Assembly (NCBI GenBank): GCA_040954595.2
Contig: CM082578.2
Location: forward strand, 10,795,166-10,859,165
Length of the DNA: 64,000 nt
Source: Balanoglossus misakiensis
Taxonomy: Eukaryota; Animalia; Hemichordata
Direction: 5' to 3'
Below are positions 1-9,880 of this stretch, piece by piece. Each line of letters opens with the position of its first letter. Position 1 is the first letter of the stretch. Below the pieces are notes generated by a model. That model saw nothing but the letters and a program-made list of their open reading frames with translations. It was not told the DNA's origin and searched no databases. A program made the position numbers and the translations under genes.

Positions 1-56
1 GCGGCAGCAGCGACTGCGGTGATGATGATGATAATGATGACTACAACGAGGCATAA
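1..56 (+). CDS. Possible 3' end of an upstream gene (…GSSDCGDDDDNDDYNEA*)
   Basis: Open frame from the window edge to TAA at 54-56, with an acidic tail. Too short to identify. Confidence 0.25.
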   Translation, partial: GSSDCGDDDDNDDYNEA

Positions 57-483
57 GCGAAAGAAATAAAATATTAGCAATCCTTGAACCCTGACAAAAC
101 TAAGAAATAATTCCAGATGATCAACAGTGCAGGAATACGCTCATCTGAGACATCTGTGCCATTGTAAATGAGGGACGCTGCTTCTATTGTAATAATGTGG
201 TCATTGAGTCCGACACGGAACAATCAATTGTGCAGTTAAAATACCATTCAGACAAGGCAGAGACGTTTTTATGTATATCGGTCTCGGGAGAATAAGAAAA
301 TGAGTGGACTGGAGGGGCGAAATGGGACCATTTGATATGGAATCGGAAATCGATCCAGCAGCATTGTTGGCTAGCAGTACAGCAAGTCCAGGGTGTCTGT
401 TGGAGCTGCCTTTCCCCCTATTTTGACGTCACAATAGAGATGAAGCAACAGTGGGCACATATGTAGATTTACTATTAATAATA

Positions 484-615
484 TATATAGCTACCTTGAC
501 ATGGTTTTTCTGTGACAGTTATCATGGGTTCAGGGACGATGGTTGCCGATGAACAACAAATGGTATCTGATCTTTAATATCCTAAAACTATGGTAATCGT
601 AGAGGGCGATGTTAC
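484..615 (+). repeat. Dispersed direct repeat, copy 1 (similar to 4961-5092)
   Basis: TATATAGCTACCTTGAC…GGGTTCAG.GACGATG.TTGCCGATGAA.AACAAA…ATCGTAGAGGGCGA is shared with 4961-5092. Confidence 0.75.
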
Positions 616-2026
616 CAGGTAGAACTCTTGCCCTTCAAGTTTAGATTGGGACGAGGCGCCACACGTCGGGTGGAGAAAAATTCGAATATAGGAGACTTAA
701 ATCTACATATACATAATATATGCTAAAAGCAGGGATGCTATGAGTGAATAATATTTCTAAAAGTTAATATTTGTGCCAGTTGTAAACTCCTTTACCACTT
801 TGACTTTGGAACCCTATTCTGAAGCATACAATCTTCCATGGCAAATTTTCCTGATGAATCCCACAATTTTGTACGTTTGTCATTGTGTACAATAGAGAGA
901 GAGCCCAGCTTGAATCGCGGAGTGAAGCACCGTCACCGTGACGAAAACACATATGGGCCTGCATTTGATTAGAGCCCTGCTGCTGTTTGATGGGGCTTAC
1001 ATGATAAATGACCATTTCGGCAGCTTCTTAATTCGGGGAATTAATTAACCATAATGATCAATTTTGGCCCGAGCGTAAATGACAAAGGTTCTAGGCAACG
1101 TATAATGTAGACTTACAGCAAACCAACTATAGGCTCATATGATCTTTTCAGTTATGATACATCTACATACGGGACTTTGTCACAAATTAAATGGTTCAAG
1201 AGCACACTATGTTTCATTCTCACTCATCGAAATGGGATGAAGGGGCGCCTTTGTGGTATTTTTTTGCAGTTTATGATTCCACAGGAACTTAATATATAGA
1301 AAACGGCATCAGTATAATTGGATTGAAATTGATCCCGAAACCTATTTGCAACGGTTCGTTCTCTCAGGCGGCAATTATTTCACAAACGATAACTCAGCCA
1401 AACCCTGAATCGAAGCAGCACGACAGTAGTGCAGTGTCTAGAACAAAACAAACCAACTCGTGCTGTCGGGACCGCTAGCTTCAAAGATTAATGACTCATT
1501 TTCCGTTTGATAATGTTGATATTTCTCAGCACGCCTACAAAGGTTTGGGTATGTAATGTCGTTCTGCTATTTGATGACGCTTGCTTAAAAGTGATCGGGT
1601 AAACACATTGACCTGCAGGATATACAGATTGGCAAACACTGCAAACAAACCGAGGGACAATTTTTACCACGTACCTATCTCTAGTCCCCTGGGTGTTTGG
1701 CACGTATATGGCATCGTGATTTCAATAATTGAATACTATAGTGTGTAAATAAAAAAGTGACTTATTAAACACGTCCTATAAATTGTGGTGGTGGGCACAT
1801 CATTTTGATCGTTTTTTGCCACTGTTGGGAATCATTTATTGCCCAAATTAAGCTTATCTCAAAACTTGTCTTTATCACAATTAAGTTTATACGCTCTTAG
1901 TTTATTGGTTGGTATATGGGCTTCGTCTGTATGACGCCATTGTTCTGTGAAACAGGTTGATCAATGCCTCAACACCATTGTTCCACCATTATGAGGTGTT
2001 GTTAAATGTCAGAGTTCAAACTTGGC

Positions 2027-2170
2027 TATATATACTGTTAATTTTAGAGAATAAAACAGAGATAGACCACATTTGACTTCCCACCGAAGTATTGGCAATC
2101 CCGTTTCTCTCTTCATTCCGAGCCTACTTCTCAAGTGTACGCCGTACAGCCACCGACGAAGCTTCACAAG
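2027..2170 (+). promoter_or_regulatory. Putative TATA box and non-coding first exon of gene 1
   Basis: TATATATA at 2027-2034 and a strong donor AAG|GTAAGA at 2170/2171. The ATG exon at 2645 is preceded by an acceptor. Confidence 0.45.
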
Positions 2171-2645
2171 GTAAGACTGTTGTTTGTAAACTAGGGGCTC
2201 TTTGTCCGTCTACAGCTCTTTATAGGGAGAATCCAGGCGGGGCATGAGTCAAGAGACAGAGAATTCATGAAAGAATCGACATTCGTCAGTCAACGTAAAA
2301 TTGAACGCGGCTCAATACATGTGAAAGTTAGGAAATTTGTCCGGAAACCTATTTTAAGTAAAGTAAAGTGAAAATATTCAGAAGTGACGTTGATTTTACT
2401 GCCGTTCTTATTTCTTTCCGTTGTCTGTATTGGATCAACAAATTATATACTGCATGCATATTTTGTACATGTGAATGTGTACTGTTCATATATACATGGA
2501 AACGGCAAAGTGATATACAATCCACTTCAATACATGTACCTTGCTGTAGAAAGCAGGATTCGAAATGTTCCTTCGTCTTATAGTGTACAGTGTATGTTTC
2601 CACAGACAATAAACTCACTGACGATTTGCCTTCAAACCTAAAAGG

Positions 2646-4555
2646 ATGAAGATCGTGCTTGTATTTCCCCTCCTTTTGGTAGCGACGTTTCTTTATGATA
2701 CTCCGGGATCGTCTGGTGAGTTATAATATATATTTTCTTCTTTCATGGACTGGATGGCATAATCCAATCCCTCGCTATAATTATTATTATTGGTGTTGTT
2801 GTTGGTACTTGTACCACTGGTTATCTCCATGTATGTATTTCTATTTTTAAAGCATTGTCACTTTTCAACGAATCCATGACCTTTGATGATGCCCAGGCTA
2901 CGTGTGAGGGAGTTGGCCAGATTCTTGTGAAAGACACAAGTGCAGAAAAACATTCAGTAATACTAGAATTGCTCCAAGACAATGGACTGGGAGAAACTAA
3001 TATCTGGTTGAACGGCAGACAAGACTCAACTGATGCCTGGGTATTCACGGATGGGAAGCCAATCGGTAGTTACCAGCCTTGGAATACTGGTCAACCAGAT
3101 AGAAGTGGTCGTTGTTTACAACTGTGGTGAGTTAACAATTATTTATCCACATTAAATATATTCATACAATAAATAAGGTCCAGAAAACTGAGCTGTGTCC
3201 TTGGGATCAGGTCAAAATCTTAAATTTTACTAGATGCGGGAATTTATTTATTTATTTCAAGGCAAAGATAAACATATTATTTCAATGGTGACTTTTATTC
3301 TATATGCAGGGGGACGATGGGCCACACATGGGATGATCTTCCGTGTGACCATCTAAGACCGTTCATATGCCAAAAAGGTAATTCATTATCAAAGACTTAG
3401 AATACTATCAAATTCTAAAGTTTTCTCGAAGGAAATGCTTCAGTCAGTAAATAGGTTATATTTTATCTTATGATTTTAGTGAAACTCCGAAAATAGGCCG
3501 GCTGGTCATTGCCGATGTCTGTGCATGCCGATAGAAGAATCGCCTAATTTAACCATCGAATAAATGTGTATTCGGACATAAACTCCCAAATTATCCTTCA
3601 CGACCAAAAATACTGCTTGTGTGAAATTTCGTTGAAATCCACCTATTTCTATTCGGATTATTATTTTTACATAATTCTTTAATATTTAATTATAATTTTA
3701 TTATCGAATTTTGGTTTCAACAGAGTATTTCCTGAAATGTGTGAACAAGGCCAGTGATAGCCCCTCTGCCACGAACTATGCGACATGCCCTGCAGGTGAA
3801 TAACAAATATTTATGTCTTTGTGCCATGGACAAGCAATAATTCCTGGGGAAAAATGGTAAAAATGGCATTAACAGTAATAGCCATGGTACTTTTACTCAC
3901 CAAACCAGTGTATGCTATTATCATTCATTTGCAAAGTATGTAGGGGAGTATGGATTTCCTATGCAAACATGCGACATTATCGGCAGACGAAGTGTTAATT
4001 GTATTTCAGCTTGTTTCTTAGAAGCTTATATGTACCTTCAACTTCAATCTGTTGTCCACTGTGTGCGTAAAGTACGCGCCGGGGGGATTTTAAAAAGAAA
4101 AAATACAGTCGTCCAAATCATTCAATTGTTCACTTTAACATAGTGTGTGAGGGTGTTTTTCTAAACAACAAGAAAACATGATGTTCATATTCTTGTTTTC
4201 ATAAAAATATAACGTAGAGATTGGCGGCCATTTTGAATTCAAAATCGAGATAATTTCGCTCTCACAAATTTTGCACGGCGACCCACAATTTTTGTTCATA
4301 ATTTTAAGAGATGATAGTCTTAAGCTGCACTTTGAGCAAAATATGAAAACTATTACACTCAATGCTTCACGACGTCACTATACTTGCATTGTAGGATTCG
4401 AGGTAAGCGGGTGCAGTTGTGGCCACGGATGTGGTTCCTACAGTATCGAGATGGCCAGCGGTCGCTCACGTTGTTACTGTCATCTTGGCTGCATGCCAGA
4501 CAACCAACCCATCGACTGGACCTTGGCGCGTTGCTGTAAAGTTGCCCACGAGTAA
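2646..4555 (+). CDS. Secreted C-type lectin fused to a resistin/RELM-like domain (~214 aa, 5 coding exons)
   Basis: Exons 2646-2715 (signal peptide MKIVLVFPLLLVATFLYDTPGSS), 2853-3126, 3310-3377 (CTLD: TFDDAQATC…IWLNG…W…WNTGQPD…CLQLW…WDDLPC…PFIC), 3724-3795 and 4395-4555 (LKC…ATCPAGFEVSGCSCGHGCGSY…CYC…C…DWTLARCC). All junctions are GT-AG, phases match, total 645 nt. Confidence 0.88.
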
Positions 4556-4960
4556 CCAGAGCAATCCCACACTTGGGACAGTGTCATAACCATGAATGAC
4601 TGACATTGTACAGACTATTTAGTTAACGCGAACATGATTTGCCCGGTACATTTTCACCACATGATTGCATGAATTCCCCAATTGTTTTAATCAATTAGCT
4701 GTGTTAATTCCTGTTGATCACTGTAACTTTTGGAAGCACGGTATTAAGCCAAGAATGTGTTTGTATTTTATCTGAACGCTAGTGGTGTTATTGTATTATA
4801 ACATCATACCCAGGCATGCCATAATGATTGCTAACTTCCTGGTTTCTCCAACCATTGAAATAAAACGTAGGATTCAACTTCTAGTGATTGAAGCGTTATC
4901 AATAAAATATACCCTATCATCTGCACATTTTGTCTTGTCAGTTTTTATCTTTCCAAACAA

Positions 4961-5092
4961 TATATAGCTACCTTGACCTGGTTTTTTTCTTTTACGGCTA
5001 TCCTGGGTTCAGTGACGATGATTGCCGATGAAAAACAAAGTGTATCTATCTCGTCATGATGATATATTATTATTATCGTAGAGGGCGACGTT
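4961..5092 (+). repeat. Dispersed direct repeat, copy 2 (similar to 484-615)
   Basis: Aligns by eye with 484-615. Confidence 0.75.
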
Positions 5093-5874
5093 AGGACTAA
5101 CGGGTAGAAGTGCATGAAAGATGTCAGAGGGCGCCACGACATAGTACAGCTGCACATGCCAGCCGTGTTTGCTGAACACATGCATTCGCTTGAAACATTT
5201 AAATTAGGCTATAATTTAAATGTTTCAAACGAACGCATAGGCAACCAATCACAGCCCCGGTACTTTCCAGAACAGCTGAAGGTAGCTCGAAACTGGAGCG
5301 TGTAGAACACGTAGTCCCTCTCAGAAATCGCCTCAAAACACACGGAAGATCTTTATAAATGGGCAAGTAGGATAGCAGGTATGAATTTTGACATGGAATG
5401 GGTGGTATCGATGCCGATTTATTGATTAAATTTCGCCTTTGTGTGAGTGAAAACATCTACGGAACTTGGCAATGCATCTGTCAAATTTGGATTTGGTTTC
5501 ATGACTTGTCTTCGTAAATAAATTCTTGGCATTTCATGTAGTAGGATAATGTACATGTGTACATATTGACCACACATGCGTAGGCAATCATTTTTCTGCT
5601 GAAATTAGGCATTTTTCCAAAACTCCATTAGTATTAGTTAGATCACTCTGAACATTTCACTAATCATGTACCTAAGGTCAAAACTAAATAAATATGATTT
5701 CCGTTTTGATGACGCATGTTTCTATGGCACCCATTTGGGGCCCATTTATACATTTCCCTTAAATCTATCAGAAATTGTAGCCCATGGGTACATCATACAA
5801 GAAATAACATGTATGAACATTTCGCATGGAGCGGGTATCACAAGTCAATTTTAATAATAACAATATGCACATAA

Positions 5875-6027
5875 AATCCCATGATATCTTTTGTTTTGTT
5901 TGACGTCATCGTATTCTCGTGGTTTTCGCGGAGTTGTACAACTTCTCACCTACGGCTCGAAGTTGCACGGCTCCGCGAAAACCACTCGTATACGATGACG
6001 TCAAACAAAGAAAAATATCATGGGATT
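5875..6027. mobile_element. Palindromic (hairpin) element, MITE-like
   Basis: Arms of ~70 bp (AATCCCATGATAT…TTTGTTTGACGTCATCGTA…GTGGTTTTCGCGGAG…CAACTTC and its near reverse complement) flank the loop TCACCTACGGCTC. No coding capacity. Confidence 0.65.
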
Positions 6028-6204
6028 ATATATAAGTATCTTGCGGGATGTTTTACAGTATGCAAGAATAATAATAATCCACTGCAATGGGCCTCTGGAT
6101 AAACATGCTAAAGTATAAAACAGGTCTCGACATTTACGTTCGCCACCAGAAGTGTTACCACCGTAAAAAATAAACTAACCAACGAATTTGTTTTCATATC
6201 GAAG

Positions 6205-8669
6205 ATGATGAAGATCGTGCTGGTATTTCCACTCCTTTTGGTAGCGGCGATTCTGTTTGGAATTCCGGGTTCGTCCGAGTCAGGTGAGTTACAGATTGTT
6301 TCATGGAGTGGATTGATACAACAGATCATCACATTTTTTTCGGAAAAAGAGCTTCATTCATGGTATTATTTCAATGCTCCCAAGTCTCGAAACCCGGCCA
6401 TTGCTTCTACTATACAGCTAGATGTATCATTACATTACATTACATTACATTACATTACATTACATTACATTACATTACATTACATTACAGCTATCCTTGG
6501 CGTGGGGTCTGACTCGAACGTGTACAAAAGAGCGGATATTGAAGGCACATGGATAGGTCCTTTGAAAGAGAGCTGTTGTGTATCGTCCGTAACCACCTTG
6601 ACCGATGGGACAGTTGTTGGCGTTGGTATGGACAGCAACCTGTACACTAAATCCCTGACCGGACTCGATGGGCCATGGCAAGGACCTGTCGCCAACAGTT
6701 GCTGCGTCAAAGAAGTCACCGTTATGCCAGATGGCACGCTGGTTGGTATTGGTACGGATAATCAGCTGTGGACTCGGCCTGGTGTCGAGGGAACCTGGAG
6801 CGGTCCTGTGGCTAGCAGCTGCTGTGTTCAGTCCGTATCACCAATGCCGTCTGGTGGCCTGCTCGGTGTGGGTATGAAGCGAGGTAAACTGTTGGTCCGG
6901 TCGGGAGTACAAGGGACGTGGACCAAAGTGGACGGCAACGGCAAAGTCAGTGGCATATCCGTGGATGCAGCCGGTAGAGTCATTGGTATTGGTCGATCAT
7001 GTGGATTGTGGCAGCGAAACGTGTTTAGCACGCATGGCTGGTTAGGCGAAATTGCTGACAGTCGATGCGTTAAGTCAGTGTCATTTATGCGAAATGGTAA
7101 GTTATTCCTATTACTTTGTTTGATTTATTTATTTGATCTCCACGGGGTAGATAGTTTGACCTACCGTAAGTTTTGAGGGAGGGGTAGCCATCCCGGAAAA
7201 CATAGCTTGATTAGCAAAATGCAATACCTGTAGGCATTAATTAATACAAAGAAAATAATAACTAATTAAAGACTTAATACATTCAAGTGAAGATGTCATA
7301 AATAGACGGAATACAGAAAAGGGTATCTTGTCGTGTTGGAGAGATGTGGTGGAATTACCGGTACATGTAAAACTAATTTCGTCGTTTCTATAGCAACAAC
7401 AGCTCATTCAGTGAAACAAAGAAGATCATTGTCGTTGGACATCGTTGGGAAAGTATGAAGACGACGGATTTGTATCATTTACTTGGCTCATGGAAGGTTT
7501 CCATCCACCACAATTGTGAATATTGCAATAATTTCACATCATACTAATATTTACATATACTGACTTCACAGCCCAGGTGTCGACATGGCAGACAGCATGC
7601 TCATGCAATGGAGGTAAAAGTTTTAATATTTGGCGAGTTTTTTCACTCTCGTATCTACAAGCGGGATGGAAGGTGTGTGTGGTTGAACGTTGATTTACTA
7701 TATATCCACATTACTGAGACTGTTTTGCAGAATGAACCGTAGCTATAATCGCATTGTAAAAATCGTGACCATCCCATTAATTTGGTATTTAATAATGTAA
7801 AATCTGTTTTTATATTAAGGGGTGGATATCAATGTTTAAACCATTCCTCATATTACAACAAATGCTGTCAACGTTTCATGTTCTACTGAATGGTTTTGAA
7901 ATGAGTCAGTAATCGAATTTTGTATGTGTACACTAGCATGGGGGACACCATGTGCAGCTAGTATAGGTGAAGTTTCATGTAATATGTTTCTTGGCATCAG
8001 TGGACGGAACTGCGATGAAATCATGGTACACATCATAACAATCTTTTTTTCAATATTGTTCTAGGCCCTACAGCCCCAGTGTATGGTATTGGAACAAACA
8101 ACCAGTTATACAAACGTAACGACATTGAAGGCGCGTGGACAGGACCAATTCCAAACAGTTGCTGTGTTACAGCGCTGACAACCCTGGCAGATAAGACAAC
8201 CGTTGGTGTTGGTACTGACAATCAACTGTGGACAAAGTCTAGCGAAGATGCTCAGTGGGTAGGGCCTGTAGCCAACAGTTGCTGCGTCAAAGAAATCACC
8301 GTTATGCCAGATGGCACGTTGGTTGGCATTGGTATGAATAATCAGATGTGGACTCGGCCTGGTGTCGGGGGAACCTGGAGTGGTCCTGTGGCTAGCAGCT
8401 GCTGTGTTCAGTCCGTATCACCATTGCCGTCTGGTGGGCTGCTCGGCGTGGGTATGAGCGGCACATTATGGTTCCGGCCCGGAGTACAAGGGACATGGAC
8501 CAAAGTTGACGACAACGGCGTAGTCAGTGATATATCGATCAACGAAAATGGCGTGGTCATTGGTATTGCGGCATCATGTGGTTTATATCAGAGGTCGTAC
8601 TATGATTCCAACTGGGCAGGCGAGATTGCAAACAGTCGATGTGTGAAATCGGTTGCATTCATAAAATAG
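6205..8669 (+). CDS. Secreted protein with two tandem 5-repeat beta-propeller (tectonin/tachylectin-like lectin) domains (~443 aa)
   Basis: Exons 6205-6283 (signal peptide MMKIVLVFPLLLVAAILFGIPGSSES), 6491-7096 (5 x ~40-aa repeats, hhG[VI]GxDxxL[YW]xR…W.GP…SCCV..V…DG), 7572-7613 (linker) and 8065-8669 (5 more repeats). Phase-1 junctions; AATAAA at ~8708. An extra exon at 7394-7452/7458 is possible. The lectin assignment is inferred from repeat pattern. Confidence 0.8.
6428..6489. repeat. (TTACA)n pentanucleotide microsatellite
   Basis: About 12 copies in the intron, running directly into the acceptor TTACAG at 6490. Confidence 0.95.
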
Positions 8670-9880
8670 TGAGTACAATACATATCACTTAACATTTTTA
8701 AAATACCAATAAATTATGAAACTACTAAATTAGTGTGAGCAAGGTTCTCGTTTTTTTTAAATATGTTTACAACAAATATGAAATCAAGATAAAGTAGGTG
8801 TTCTAACTTTCTACTTTAGGGTATACTTATGTTATTTCTTAATGGGAAAAAGCTACTTAATGCCACCATGTACATTAAATGATTTACCCCGAAGGATTTC
8901 GTTTGACGATCGGAAATGAAAATGTCATAACATGTACTTTTTTGTCCCCGGGTATGGTTTATGGTGACATACCTGACATAACATGTATTTTTGCCCCCAG
9001 GTATGATGTATGGTGACGAACCCGGAAAGCTATTGGCAAGACCGACGATATCTCATTCAGTAATTTTTTGGTGATGGTGCTATTTTCAAGCTGTGCTAGA
9101 CTTATTTTGCTGTCAGGGCCTTCACGACTAGACGTTTTCATTCAATAATTGTTAAGAATTTGAAATAATCACTTGAAGATGGATTATACAAGAAGAGCAA
9201 AAAAGAAGACTGCGAATGCTGTCATGTTAAAGGCAAAGAATATAATTCTGTTTTTTAAGTGCAGCAACTACAGCAAGGAGAGGTACATGTAAACTCGAGA
9301 ACTTTCAAATCACAAGGCAATAACATTAAGGCCTACGGAAGACATGGCTAATTGGGGGCATTTCTGCTAATTAGGAAATGCCAGTTCATTTCTCCAACTT
9401 TTATCAGTAAATGCATGATTTTTTTCTTTTCTCTTTAAATTCGAAATATTCCTGTACGGCAGACTCGTGTTTCCTGTAGCCATTATATTTGCAACGGTAT
9501 GACATTTTGCGGTGTCGATCGTAATTAATGAAATTAAAACATATTATATGCGGCAAAATGAACAGATTGGTTTTGTTTTATTATTTTACATAGTGAGCCT
9601 TCTTAGAAGGCACAAGTAATTCATTAATTATTCACAATAACATCGAGTGTACACATAAGACTGAACTGCGAAGAGTTGTTTATTTCACCCCATTCTACAA
9701 AAATAACATCCTTCGATTAAAAATCATAATTTATCTCTGCCGAGAAGAACTGGGCCAAGAAATGACTTACATTGATCTCGACGCTAGGTTCTCCATTATG
9801 GAAAGATTCAAAATTAAACCGTGAGAAAGGGGGGGGGGGGGGTGGGGGTGGTGTCTGGGAGAACATTAAAGAGTTAATTG

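Noticed and set aside
6205-7176. 323-aa ORF as a single-exon gene
   Set aside because: It reads through an in-frame intron containing the (TTACA)n microsatellite (LHYIT repeats) and past the donor at 7096. The spliced model fits better.
9828-9852. G-rich run next to the satellite as a telomere-like or G4 element
   Set aside because: A short poly-G/GGT tract without telomeric periodicity; similar runs occur elsewhere (47514, 57414).
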